The notes under the pieces were generated by a model. That model was not told the DNA's origin. It did not search any database and saw only the letters and a list, made by a program, of their open reading frames with translations. The translations under genes were made by a program, and so were the position numbers. A DNA stretch of 64,000 nucleotides from the human T2T-CHM13v2.0 reference genome, Homo sapiens. Of the stretch, positions 1-16,414 are shown piece after piece; position 1 is the stretch's first letter, and every line of letters begins with the position of its first letter. Where the stretch lies: the NCBI RefSeq assembly GCF_009914755.1, contig NC_060929.1. One strand, written 5' to 3'.

Positions 1-99
1 TTATCACTGGATTCGGGTGAATATATGAAATCGTATAGTAACGATTGTAACAATGATGACGCGAATCACTAAAATAATGTTTTTATTTAAAACACATAC

Positions 100-240
100 T
101 CTGGACTTAAATTGCTTAGACCTAAATTCCAACATTGTCACTTAGTAGTTGTACTGCTTATTAACCTTGAGGAAGCCATGAAACTCTCCAAAATTCAGGG
201 TTATCAGAAGTATTAAGGAGTGATCCTAACAGCACCTATA
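100..240 (+). mobile_element. MIR SINE remnant
   Basis: Degenerate MIR core (ctggact...cctaaattccaac..tgtcacttagtagttgt...accttgaggaag); boundaries approximate. Confidence 0.5.
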
Positions 241-1684
241 TTTATATATGTACCATATATTCATTATTTCTGTAAAAGCATGAATGGGAGCCAGTCTATT
301 ATTTTCAAAATGATATAGTTTATTAGTTATGTTGATTATTTTTCCTTGATGCCACTTCTTTTTTTCCATATTTGATTTTGAAAGGTCACCTTAAGAGTAG
401 AGAGTTTAAATTATTTTCTCTTTTTGGATAGCTTTTATAATAAGTTTGTTATGAACATTTGTTACTTGTGGAATAATTGAGTTTTAAGGATTTTCTGAAG
501 ATTTTAAGCTTTTAAAAATGTGTTGCTTGATATCAAGTGAGCTAACTCTATTATATGTTTCTTTATCTTTACAATCTTGGAAAATAGGAAAAATCCCAGA
601 AGCAGCCAGAAAGTTCAAATGTTAACAATCTCAGCCTATCCAAACCCTTCCTCTATGCTAAAGGGAGACATTGAATGCCTGGTTTATTTTACCAGCTTCA
701 ACTGCAGTAGCCAATAAATAGAACCATTTAGTACCATTATCTCTATTTGGAAAAAATACTCATCCCTGTTAGATGCCTACCTGCTATCTGCTCTGATCAG
801 TGCCTCTTCATTCCCACCCTCTTCCAGTGACCTCCACAATTCCAAATTATAGGAAAAAGATTTCTCTTTTAACAGTATCACATTCTTTTGAAAAATCACC
901 TGACATTATGCCTTGCATTTTTGGGTTTGCACCAGAATCCTGAAGTACATCCGGGGGCTCTCCTGCATTGCCATCTTTTGTTATACCACTTAACATCACC
1001 CCTGAAACTAGTCCAAAGAAGGTTTAAATGGAAGACACTTGGTGCCATTTACTGTGTTGTATCAAATTAAGTATTCTTTCATATCTCAACAGTATATCAA
1101 TGCAGCTCATTCTCTAATATATATTCCAGCTAACAGGTTATAAAGTGACTTGTTCGCCAGTAGCTTAGCAAATCTTCTAATGTGTAATTGCTAGTATCAA
1201 AATGTGCAGATAATAGTATTGTATTTGTTTAATTTTCTCATCTGAGTGTCTGACAGCATGTTTTGCCTGAATTCACAAAGGAAACACAGTTCAAGACATC
1301 AGTATGATCTCTATTTTATATGTACATGTTACATTTAATATGCAGCTATTAGTGGAGAGTTCCAATATATATTATCCCTATAAACATTTCTACCTTAGTC
1401 ACTGTCATTTAAGCAAAATGGTAAAATAATATAATGTTATGAAATCAAATGAGTAAATTTCACATTCAAAGAACAAATCTAAATTTGTAGCCCTGAATGT
1501 AACTTGGAAGAGATGTTCATTATTTGCCTGCTCCAATAAGAAAATACACAGCTAGTAGTGTCAGTAGCTGTGCATAGGTAAAAGGCAAGAAGACACTACT
1601 CTCTTACAGATATTTAGAACAATGCTAGTGAGTATTGCAGGCAAAAACAAGGTGGATTGATTCATAAAGCTTTATTTTGAATTA

Positions 1685-1882
1685 TAGAAGTCCTTTGGAA
1701 TACATGGTGGATTGGTTTCAGGATCACCCTCCATAGCAAAACTCACACACACTCAAGTCCTACAGCTGGTCCTGTGGAACCCAATATATAAAAAGCCGGC
1801 CCTCTCATATATGCTTGTTGAAAAATATCTGAGTATAAGTAGGCTTGTGCAGTTCAAACTCCAGTTGTTCCAAAGTCAAGTA
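1685..1882 (+). mobile_element. MER8 (TcMar-Tigger non-autonomous DNA transposon), internally shortened
   Basis: ggattggtttcaggatcacc...ctcaagtcc..cagctggtcctgtggaaccc...aaaagccggccctc...gcagttcaaactcc.gttgttc..aagtcaa matches recalled MER8 consensus; preceded by TA. Confidence 0.75.
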
Positions 1883-4384
1883 TGTAATGTAGTTGAGTAG
1901 CCTACATGATTAAGGACAAGAAATAACTAAGCTTATAAAATCTCATTATTTTGGATTAACAGAACCTTCTAAGAACATATAGGGAAATTACACAGAATCC
2001 ATATATCTGTGTTTGGGGAGATTCTTTGAGGTGACAATAATTCTTGAGAAAAGGAACAAGCTGGTTCATGATATCACAGTACTTCAAATACAGAGAGAGA
2101 GAGAGTCAGTCATGAGACAGAAGGATGTAAAGATCTATGTTACAAAAAACAACTACCCCCAAATTTAAATTTGCAGACAGACAAATTATAAATTAAATGG
2201 CAATATAAGTTAAATGTAAAGGATTCTTTTATTTAATATCGTACTTTGAGAAATCTAGGCAGAGATAGCAAATGCTGTGTCATTTTGAATAAATTACTCA
2301 AATAAACTCAAGTAACCATTTCATTATACAATGATGTGGTGCACCTGAAAAAGATTAATAGAACCTTATAAGAGTAGGCCCAGAATCAGAAATAATTTAT
2401 TTGGTGGTTATCTAGTAAAGTATTGAACAACTTAAAGATTTCATAAATACTTATAGAAAACTAAATGGATGTATATATCTTTGTTATTTATGATGGATTT
2501 TTAAATGTATGGTTAACATTCTGGATAATGTTAATAATTTAAATCTAAAATGTTTATAAAGTTATTCTATTTTTTAAATTTTCTATAAACTTTCAAGTTA
2601 CATTACCTCTCAGGATACTGCAATACTGGTATTGAAATAGGGGCGGTCTTCTATACTTATGTATAAAATCTGGTCCCCAAACTGAGAAATCAAGGACAGG
2701 AGGCTTCCAGAAAGTAGGGGGATGTTATTTCATTCCTATTCATTTTTACTCTAAAATGTTGATGTTTGCAGCTTAAAGTACACTTATTTTTAAGGTGATA
2801 TCTAGTAAATAAATAACACAGATCTGGTTTTCTTTGAAAACATAATTTGGTTCATCTATTTCATAAATAAATTTTATAGTGCCATTTTCATAGCAGCTAA
2901 AGTAAAATAAATATCTTAATATGCATTTTATGAAAACATGATGAATTAGTATTATCCTCTGATTATTTTTAGAAAACATAATTGGCACAATTTGTACAAA
3001 ATGAAACATTGCAACTATTTGTTTATCAAATTATATTTCTGGGAAAAAAATGGTCATATTATTGGGATACCAGTATAAAAAATTAAATGAACAGAAAATT
3101 TTGATACAAAACTCAGCATTGCAATTTTGGTAATTTTGTTAGTAGAACAGAAAGTTGCTTTAAATGTGTTCTGTTGAACTTGTTTTCAGTCTCAGTGGGT
3201 AGTAAAACAAAATAGTAATTTTGTCGGAGGAAAATAGAAATCAATTGGGTGCATTCACTATTCTGTATGCTGTGAATTGAAAGAATGCTTGAAATAATGT
3301 GTTTTTACAACACTATCTGATTTTCGGGTTCACTGTTCTTCTACTTGGTCATTTAAAATAAAACTTCAAGTTATATACATGTGTTGAAAGGGTAAATGCT
3401 TTTTATTTAGGTACAGAACACCAATCTCAAGATGGATCTAAATCCAATTTAAAGATGATTTGATTTTTATAGGCACCTAGGTAAGAAAAACGGATAAATA
3501 AATATGTGTACCAGTTCAGTTGTCATGGAAATCAGGGAACAAAAATGAAGTATTTTACTCATGGACTGTTTTTTGGTCCAGTTTACCATTTCTTATTATC
3601 TGTTTTCCATGTTTACAGGAAGTGGGCTTTAAGTAGCACTCTCATACATTTCTATGGTTTGAAGCAGCCACAGCAACAAGTGCAATTATCATTCTTACAT
3701 TCAATCAGAGATTGTCCTTTCATGTGGCTATTTCATGCATTAAGTATTATTAAATGTTTTAAATTAGGGAAAAACGATCTACTCTAAAGAAATACAAGAA
3801 AGCAGATAAGATTGGCTTAGGTCATTACACATGACATTTTAGTGTTTTTTTCTCTGTATATTGAAAAATCTATTTCGCTCAGCAAAAATAAGCAGCAGGC
3901 AAGCATAGTCAGGATCTTCTTCTGCAGGTAAATTTGATTTTTTCCAGTGTTTTAGAAATAGTGTTTTAATCACCTGGAGCCCATCACTTCCGTTTGTATA
4001 TCATTCAAACTATGAGTCTCTAGATAGATTACCTAGGCCTCTAACTAAAGAATTTATTTGGCAATTCCTGTGATCATAGGCAGTTATAAAAGTTATACAA
4101 AGTTTCTACAAGTATAAATCAAAATGGTTAGACTAGAATATCCAAAGAGAAAAGAAGATCTCGTTAAACCATAGAATACACATTTGTTCAAATGAGGGGA
4201 AGGAGGCTTACATGTTGAATAAAGCAATTTTACATCTAGAAAAAAATGCTGCTTATGGGCACATTACAGGGAAAGAAACTGAGAAATTTGGCCTGAAGTC
4301 ATAGAAAATGAAATAAAATTGAAGAAATATCTGTGAGTCAAGAAGCAGGAGCAATAAATTGATTGCTAATGAAGTACACCGGGT

Positions 4385-4475
4385 ACTTTATTGACGCTTT
4401 ACACTGATTGTCTTAAGTTCTCACAGTGACCCTATGAGTTAGTGTTTACTCCCATTTACTGATAAGAATATAGAA
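4385..4475 (-). mobile_element. MIR remnant
   Basis: ctcacagtgaccctatgag...ctcccatttactgataagaa resembles the antisense MIR core. Confidence 0.5.
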
Positions 4476-4629
4476 TCCCTCTACACGGCATTGTCACTAT
4501 TCATAAATCAAGTGATTGTATACATGTGTTTAACTGTTACTGGACTTTCTATTATTTTCCATGAATCTCTTGCTCAACTTTCATTGTTATTCTCAGTCCT
4601 TTAGAGCTACATATTTTATACAAATTTAC

Positions 4630-4792
4630 CTTTTTTTTTTGAGGCGGTATCTTTGTGATGTCACTCAGGCTGCAATGCAGTGGCAGGATCATGGCTTACT
4701 GCAACATCAAGCTCCTGGGCTAAAGAAATTCTTCCACCTCTGCCATAAAGGATAGCTGGGCCACCATACCTGGCTAATTTGTTTGTGAGTGT

Positions 4793-4824
<32 letters not shown>

Positions 4825-4903
4825 AGGCAGAGTCACTATGTTGCCCAGGCTGGTCTCAAATCCCTGGTCTCAAGCAATCCTCCTGATTTGGTCTCCCAAA
4901 GTG
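4630..4903 (-). mobile_element. AluJ-type SINE with (TG)n expanded in the middle linker
   Basis: polyT, gaggcggtatct...caggctgcaatgcagtggc, ctatgttgcccaggctggtctcaaa...caagcaatcctcc...ctcccaaagtg; high divergence. Confidence 0.85.
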
Positions 4904-4909
4904 AAATTT

Positions 4910-5545
4910 AAATTTTGCATGTCGATTTGAACTAAAAATCTTGACATTTCTGTTCATTTTTCCATTAAATTCAAATATTATCATTGAAAAGACTGACATC
5001 TTAAAATGTTTTCTTATAATTTGTAAGCAGAATGCATTTCTCCAATTATTTAGGTATTTAACAATATCTCTCAATTTTTCTTTTTATTCGTACTGTGATT
5101 ATATTAATATATTTTGTATATTTATTCTTACATATTTAATTCTTATAGCTATTGTAAATTGTATTTTAAATTTTATTTGACAGTTATTTGTTACTGTTAT
5201 ATACAAATTCAGTAACTTTTAATATCTTCCCCTTATATCCAATTAACATGCTAAATCCACTTAATAGTTCTAATAATTTATATTATTGTGGATTTTCTTG
5301 GTACACAATAGTTTCAATAGCAAAAAGTAATATTAATATTTTTTCTTTTCAAGAATAGTTTTCGTATCTTATTGCACAGGTTAAGATTGCCATATGTTGT
5401 GAAAAGAAATATTGATAATGGGCATCTTTGTCTCATTCCAGATCTCAGGGAATGAGATCTATTCAACCATTTTGTATGATATTTGCTACAGGTTTCAGGC
5501 ATATTCTTCATCAGATTAAAGACATTCCCTTTTATTGTTAGATTA
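4910..5545 (-). mobile_element. Ancient L1M ORF2 fragment
   Basis: gggcatctttgtctcattccagatctc; the minus-strand ORF 5314..5571 contains RSGMRQRCPLS, a degenerate L1 [11 protein letters not shown] motif. Confidence 0.7.
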
Positions 5546-6589
5546 TAATACTTAGGCAAACTGTTCCTCATGGCCCACTCAACTAGAAACTATTCAGGGA
5601 ATAAAACCTTGGAAAACCTAGTGCAACGGGTCTAAATAAATATAATGAAACACAGTATCTGTCTCCTTATTAAATTCTCATTTCTATGAGGCAGAGTGTT
5701 GTTTTATGCCCATAATTTGATCCTTGCAGTGCCTTTATAGTGCCTGAAACATAGCAAATAGTCATAGTCAACCATTTTGAATTAACAAATATTTTTAAAA
5801 TTGTTAATACAAAAAAATTGATGTGGGGAGATATAAAACACATTTGGAAAAGTGAGGCATAACACAATTTGTTGAAATTGATTGTACCGTGAAAACTATA
5901 TACATATAAGAACATAGTATAGAACAAATGACTAAAACAATTCTCTGTGTAATAATTATGTTTATTTTTGCTCATATCATATATGTCATATATGTCATAT
6001 ATACTTCCTAATAGGCACTAAGGAATGTTTTGAATGTTTAATTCAAAAACTGGTATAGCCACCTCCACCACTTAGTATTTCCCAAATTTAACTCATGAGT
6101 TGTTTAACTTTATTCTCATTAAATAGTGCCATTGAATCATTCAATGTAAAAATATGTTTTTATTTTAGTCATCTTACTGTTCACCAAAAGCTGTATATTC
6201 TACCTCTTAATCTTTCACCTTTTTTCCCGACTATTATTTCTATTCCTCTTCTCCAAACTGAATTTACAACACCTCCAAGACTATCTTTAAAAACATCACA
6301 CATATCAGATAGTAAATGTCTTCCAATATGTGTCCAGGAAGGTGTTTGATGATAGGGAAGATGACAAAAGATATTGGAGAAGGAGCATTAGTCACTCAGG
6401 TAAACAAGTAAAGTTTATACAATTAGGTAAACACAATGCTAGAGTTAGGCACTAATAACTGCTGCCAAATTTGGCACTTAATACAGCCTTGCTAGAGAGA
6501 CAGGATTTCAATAAATTTTCTCTGATAATCTTTCATTAGAGACACATTGATTGGTAATTTCTCAAATAAAATAGCTTTTTATTTTACTT

Positions 6590-7060
6590 TGACAGTAAGC
6601 ATGATTAATTCTTGTATCTCTCAGAATACAGAGAACAAAACAGAGAATACACACACTAGTTATTTTAATGAGCAGAATTTTATACACAACATTATGTAGA
6701 AAGAGATTGGGGAACCAAAAAGGCAAAAGGTGACAATCAGGTAACACAGACATAGTAATGTAGAAAGCAGCAACTGACCCCTATGGCTGGGGGAACATGA
6801 AAGAAATTGTAGTTCTTAGAATCTAAAAGCTCAGAAATTCCGGAAGGAACAAGTACTCAGATTTCTAAGGAAAGAATGCCAACCGGCTTTCACAAAGAGG
6901 AACGAGATAAAGTCACTTCTGTGGATTGTGGGAAAACACTGAAAACACTGGAAACTGGCACCACAAGAAATATGATTTCCAGAGTCTCAACTCCAGCATG
7001 AAAAGCACAATATGGCAGTGTGGGTTTGGGAATCAGACACAATAGCTTAATAATCAGTAT
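6590..7060. mobile_element. Probable old ERVL/MaLR-class LTR remnant
   Basis: Composition and motifs resemble old LTRs; family not resolved. Confidence 0.3.
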
Positions 7061-7149
7061 AATTCTCAATTAATTCTTTCTAAATACAGTAAGCAAAATA
7101 AATTATAAAATAATATTAATTGGAATATCACTACTCAAAAAAATAATTG

Positions 7150-7760
7150 CTAGTATTTTAGTAAATATTCCAAATATTAAACTGTACTCACATCTTGCAA
7201 ACATAATATAAATTTTTAATGAAACAAAACCCTGCAGTTAGAAATGCTGCTTTATTCAATAAACAACACGTCAGGCATTTCTTTCAATATCATTAATTTA
7301 ACTGTACATTGTTATTTTAATGGCTGCCTAAAATTCTGTTATATAAATGTACCCTAATTTATTTATCCCCACTAATTAGGTTTTCTAGGAAAATTCCATT
7401 TCTTTTACCATTACGCTGGTTAAGCAATAGTGTAAAAAATATCCATGAAGACAGATGCTAGCTGACATGTACCATTATCTTTCTAAAATAAATTTCTATT
7501 TAAGCAATGGTGAAATCAGGTAATACACAAGTCTTATATGATGCCCAATGTTAAATTGCCCTACAGAAACTTTAGAATAATTTACATTTGTACAAATGTA
7601 ATACCTATTTTCTTCCATCTTAACCTAATATGGGTTTGTCAATGTTAGTAATCTTAAAGAATTTAATGGAGGTCATAATGTTTAAATTGGTAATTAGTAA
7701 CAAAGTTAAATGTATTTTTAGTTTTATTATTAATATGGTATTTGTTTTTTGTTACATTTA
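7150..7760 (-). mobile_element. L1ME 3' region remnant
   Basis: ttttaatggctgc..aattctgtt.tataaatgtacc.taatttattta is typical of the antisense L1ME 3' end. Confidence 0.55.
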
Positions 7761-7943
7761 AATCATTTATGCCCCAGGGCAAACATAAATGTAATTACAA
7801 ATAAATAAACCTACAGTTCCAATAAATTTACCTTTTCAGTTGCCCCGATGATATTCTTTGATGAACCATTACAAATTGCTTTCAAATCAGAATGAGTTAT
7901 AAATCATTTGAAAACAATTATTATTCTGCTAAGCATTCATATA

Positions 7944-9365
7944 CAGTTGACCCTCAAACAACATCGGTTTGAACTGTGTGCATCTACAAATATGTGAATT
8001 GTTTTCTGCATATATTAATTTTGTGAGATGTGCAACAATATAAAAAACTTTCAAATAAACTGCATAGCCTAGAAATATCAAAAAGTAAGAAAAAGTTACG
8101 TTATGAATGCATAAAATATATGTAGATGCTAGTCTATATTTACTACCACAAAATATATACAAAATTATTATTAAAGGAATTCAACACCAAAGGTGTCAAA
8201 GTGATCTACTTGCTACAAGTACCACATCATTAATTCAGCCTCTAAATCAAGCAGTCATAAGGCCTTTAAGGCTCATTACACATTGTACTCTATGGAAAGG
8301 ATTGTCAAAGCTATGAAAAAGACCTCCAATAGAGAGCACATCATGAAATTCTGGAAGGGTTATACCATTGAAGATGCCACTGTAGTCATAAAAAAGGCCA
8401 TGAAAACCATCAAGCCTGAACAATAAATCCATGCTGGAAAAAACTGTGGTCAGATGTCCTGAATGACTTCATGGGATTTATGACAGAGCGAAAAAAGGAA
8501 ATAATTAAAGCGATTATGAATATGGCATAAAAAGTTGGAAGGGTTTCAAGATACAGATTTTGGAGACATTCAAGAGCTAACAGACACCACACCAGAGGAA
8601 CTAAGAGGAGATGACTTGGTGGAGATCAGGGCTTCAGAACCAATGCCAAACAAAGAGGAAGAGGATATAGAAGAAGTTTCAGAAAAACGATTGACATAGG
8701 AAATAATCTGGCAGAAGAGTTCCAGTTATTCATGACTGCTTTTGAGTTCTTTTATGATGTGGACCCTACTATAACATGGACACTGAAAGTAAAGCAAACA
8801 GTGGAAGAGGGATATAGAAACATTTTCAGATAAATGAAAAAGCAAAAATATCAGACAGAAATTGTGATATATATTTCCATAAAGTTACACCAAGCCTGCC
8901 AGGAACTCCTGCTTCCTCTTTCACCTCCTCACCTCTTCTGTCTAAGCCCTGAGACAGCAAGACCAACCTCTCCTCTTCCTCCTCCTTCTCAGCCTATTCA
9001 ACGTGAAGATTATGAGAATGAAGACCTTTATGATGATCCGCTTCTACTTTATGAATAGCAAATACATTTTCTTTTCCTTATGATTTCCTTAACATTTCTC
9101 TTTATTTATTGTAGAGAATACAGTATATACAATAGTATTTCCTTATGATTTCCTTAATATTTCTCTCTACTTTATTGCAGAGAATACAGTATATAATATA
9201 CCACATATAATATGTGCTAATTGCCTGTTTATGTTATAGATAAGGCTTCTGGTTAATAGTAGGCAATAAGAAATTAAGTTTTTTGGAAGTCAAACGTTAT
9301 ATGCAGTTTTTCTCCTATGTGGTGGATTGGCACCCTTAACTCTGATGTTGTTAAAGGATCAACTG
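7944..9365 (+). mobile_element. Tigger2 DNA transposon, internally deleted, with transposase C-terminal remnant
   Basis: TIRs cagttgaccctcaaacaaca (7944, after TA) and tgttgttaaaggatcaactg (ends 9365); decayed transposase TTSLIQPLNQAVIR (pogo/Tigger QPLDQ motif) at ~8220-8265. Confidence 0.85.
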
Positions 9366-9937
9366 TTCTGTATTTGATCTTAAAGGCAAAATAATCTTCA
9401 GCAGAAAGAAGTAAAGAGTTGGTTAAATAATAAAATATTAAAGTATCAAATGGTTACTGTCTAAAAACATAAAATTACATTTATTAATAGCTACTTTTTA
9501 TTTTAAATGACATTAACTTGCATTATTATATATAGGGAATACAATGTTAACATATTTTGTGATAATAAATCATATATATCATTCCTACTTTATCTGATGT
9601 TATATAAATTTTCAAGTCAATAAAATTTATGCACATAAAAGGCAGATCTTCAAAGGTGAAAAATACAACTCGTTAACATATATTACTTCTATTTATTTAT
9701 TAAGATACAAGTTGTTTTACTATTGCATATAAAGCAGAAATTGAGGCACTCAAATATTTGGGAAAATAAGCACACTTCGCTTCTTTAGAAAACAAAATAA
9801 AGAAAATTATTGACATATGTGTCGATGTAAAAAATAACCTGCATGGCAAAGAACACCAATTCACCAAAGTTCTTCCAACTCAATATTAAAAATTAGTCTT
9901 CTCTTAGGAGGTGATCTATAGAGAAATTTAAAATCTT

Positions 9938-12918
<2,981 letters not shown>

Positions 12919-14160
12919 GAGAAATTTAAAATCTTATTGCTATACTTCAGGCAATTGTAGAAGAGAAATTACCTATAACCATATTATGAATTTTTGATTT
13001 ACAATAATTAATTCTAGAAAAAGTAAAATAAGACAGGGAATAAATCATATGTTTTAAAGAAAACACATGTAATTTTATACAATTTATTTCCCTGGCTTTC
13101 TTCTCACTACACCTAAGCCTCCAGTCCCTAAATATAGTTTGATAGTATGTCTTTTAAAAAGCACTTTTATCTTCCTGTATGCCAATGTAATCCAAAGCAA
13201 ATTTACACCTGGGGCTAAATGTTTTAGAAGAAAACTAATGTAGTTTGACATGCTTTTAAGAGCAAACTTGTTTTTTTTTAAATGAGAACAATAACTTTTA
13301 AAATGAGACTAAGTAGAAATAAAAATTTTATGTTACTTTTAAAATGTTACATGCTACCCATAAAGATATTTCTCAACCTTTTGTAGTTGATTAGCTTGGA
13401 AAAAACAATACTTATGAGAAATTTAATTTGAAAATTAATATATAGTGACCCTAATAATGACTTCTCAGTGACCCCAGGGATTTGTATCTAAGTGAGGTCC
13501 TTTGCCATTATTGTCACTAAAGATGAAAAAAATAAACCAACTGCCATTTTTAGGCCATGTCAATCTTATCGATTTTTTCATTTTATTATGAAATAATAGA
13601 TAACTATAATATATACACAAAATATAAAGATTTTAAAATAAAAACAAATTAATGGAACATTTTACGTAATCTATATATACATACATACACATATACGCTG
13701 TATAAAATGTATGTTATTTTAAAAGAAAAATAAAATAACAAGTCTTGAACCTACCCACAATAGAATAAGAAGTAATTTAACATCAATTGCTTGATTATCT
13801 TTAATTCATTATTTCCTCCTGGCACTTATATTTGTCTTTAGACCATATTGCTTTGAAATTTAATCTTGCTTCTTCTTTTCACACCTTTGCCAAGGATCAG
13901 TTCTGTATATTTTTTCCTTAAGATATTATTAAAACTAAAGAAAGCAATCCCATTGAATTACTTTACACAGAAAAGCATCTCAAAAATCTGTAGTTGCCTT
14001 ATATAACCTAAGTTGTAAGTATGTTCTAATTAATGCATTTCTTATTGTCAATTTCCTTCAGAAAATATTATATCCTGAATTAATATCTATAGCTCTTGGC
14101 TTTTATTTTTTAATCTCATTGATTTGTAACTTACTTTGAAGTATCTGAACTTTGAAGTAT

Positions 14161-14213
<53 letters not shown>

Positions 14214-14253
14214 GTATATACACACATATATACACATATATGTATATATACAC
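14161..14253. repeat. Compound (TC)n(TA)n/(TACA) microsatellite
   Basis: Seen directly in the sequence. Confidence 0.95.
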
Positions 14254-14669
14254 AGCTACTGGGACTATACTCATGAAGTATATATATACACACACTTAAC
14301 TACTGGGACTGTACTCATTAAGTCAAACACTTTTAAATACCTTCACAATTCAAGCATGTAAACAGAATGTACATATTGTCACTTGGTTTATAAAAATGAG
14401 CAGTTTCAAAATAAGGTCCTATAGGGAAGTGTGCTCCTTTTAGAAGCAAAACATTCAAATAGTGTGATGGTTGAACAACAATGCCAACCATACAAATGTG
14501 CAAAAGGGATTCAACCTTGATTTACACTAAGATAGGAATTAATATTCCTAGAACCTTGCCATTTATGTTGGTAATTTCCTGGAAATTTCATTTAGATAGT
14601 TTTCTGAGTCAGTGTAGTAATAGGGAAACTAATTTCGAATGGTTTTGAACCAATTTCTAGTTTCTAAGG

Positions 14670-14782
14670 TGTCTCACTAATTAGCTGTGTACTTAATCTG
14701 GGCCTCATTTTTCTCATTTAGAAAATGAGGAGCACTTGGAACATAGCAACTTCTCAGTAAATATTTGCTGAGTACATGAAGT
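14670..14782 (+). mobile_element. MIR core followed by an L2-like 3' end
   Basis: ctgggcctcatttttctcatttagaaaatgagg, then cttggaacatag...ctcagtaaatatttgctgagtacatgaa. Confidence 0.5.
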
Positions 14783-15409
14783 TGTGCATGAGTTGTAATC
14801 TCCATGTAGATGTAAAAATCCAGCAGTGAACACATATCACTGCCGTGATAGCATGTAGTATCAGAACACGATATTTTTGTGGCATGGTTCAAACTTTTGC
14901 AAAACTTAAAACAGAATGAATAATACTTCATAATAGTACCATATTATACTGCACCAGAGTAGTGCAGTATAATATGCATAATACTGCATAATACTGCACC
15001 ATAGTAATCACATCTCTGTATATAAAAGCCAACACTTTTATAATGTTTATGTTGTATTAATGTTTTCCTTATATTCATCATAAAACAGATTCATAGGATA
15101 ATAAAATAAAAACAGTTCTCAAAGACTGTTCCATTATTTAAAAACATTCAGCAGGAGACTGAAGATCACGGAGATAATTTTTTCCAAAATTCTACAGAAA
15201 AGCCTCAAAATTTTCTCAAATTTCTGTCAAGTGTCTACATGTATATAAGTGGAAATTATTTCAGTGCAAAAATGTATGTAGGTAAAAAGTCACTGAAGAA
15301 AATTACATAGCATAATCAATTACTGAGGAAGAGCACAATAAAAATGAAATTGCAGAAAAGTATATACCTTTATTTTATAATCAAGTAAAATAAATAGACC
15401 AGATTATAT

Positions 15410-16010
15410 TAAAAATGAACCAATGTAAAGAACACATGGTTGAAAAGAAAAAATATGTAAATGGCATGTACCATATGAAAATATATTTAACCTTTCTCAT
15501 AATAAAATAAGTAAATGTTAAAATTACACTGGCATATTATTTCTCTTAAAAGTGGTAAAACCTCAAAATCCCAAAATACGATCTTTTGGCAAAGTAGTGG
15601 GGAGCATGTAATTTTACACTGCTGTAGGGAAGATAATGCAGTGTAATCATGATGTAGAGAAAAGGGCAGGAAAATATGAAATTGCATGTACATATTCCCT
15701 TAGACTGAACTAAGCCAAATTCAGGAAATCATACCAAATGGGTATTGAGAAAAATATGAAAAGACATAAGCACATGGTTATTCATCATGGCGTTGAATGT
15801 AATATGAAAAGCCCACAAATAAGTCTGTATCACAACATTATGTGTACCCCATGCACATATGCACTTATTATGTACCAATAATTAAATTTTTTAATAAAAA
15901 ATTAAGAGGTCTATTATGTACAGTATATCCACAAAGTGAGGTAAAGAAAAGCTAAACAAATGAGGACATTCTCTATATTTTCTTACGCAGTAAACAAAAT
16001 ATACATTTAA
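15410..16010 (+). mobile_element. L1ME ORF2 3' remnant with a short L1MA-like 3' tip inserted at ~15825-15900
   Basis: Degenerate equivalents of aaatggc...catatgaaaa, tacactgctg and gtaccccat..atatgcacttattatgta. Confidence 0.55.
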
Positions 16011-16030
16011 TAGATTTTTATTTGAAGAAT

Positions 16031-16414
16031 AAAGGAGGAAGGAAGAAAGGAATAAAGAGAAGGAAGGAAGGAAGGAAGCAAGGGAGGGAGGGAGGAAGGA
16101 AGGAGGGAGGAAGGAAGGAGGGAGGGAGGAAGGAGGGAGGGAGGAAGGAGGGAGGGAGGAAGGAAGGAGGGAGGGAGGAAGGAGGGAGGGAGGAAGGAAG
16201 GAGGGAGGGAGGAAGGAGGGAGGGAGGAAGGAGGGAGGGAGGAAGGAAGGAGGGAGGGAGGAAGGAGGGAGGGAGGAAGGAAGGAGGGAGGAAGGAAGGA
16301 AGGAGGGAGGAAGGAGGGAGGGAGGAAGGAGGGAGGGAGGAAGGAGGGAGGGAGGAAGGAAGGAGGGAGGAAGGAAGGAGGGAGGGAGGAAGGAAGGAGG
16401 GAAGGAAGGGAGGG
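16031..16414 (+). repeat. GA-rich polypurine tract (GGAA/GGAG units, ~15-bp period)
   Basis: 16080-16414 contains only A and G; the translated frame repeats [15 protein letters not shown]. Confidence 0.95.

Noticed and set aside
8107-8700. Domesticated Tigger-derived gene
   Set aside because: Transposase traces are frameshifted, contain stops and lack the N-terminal part
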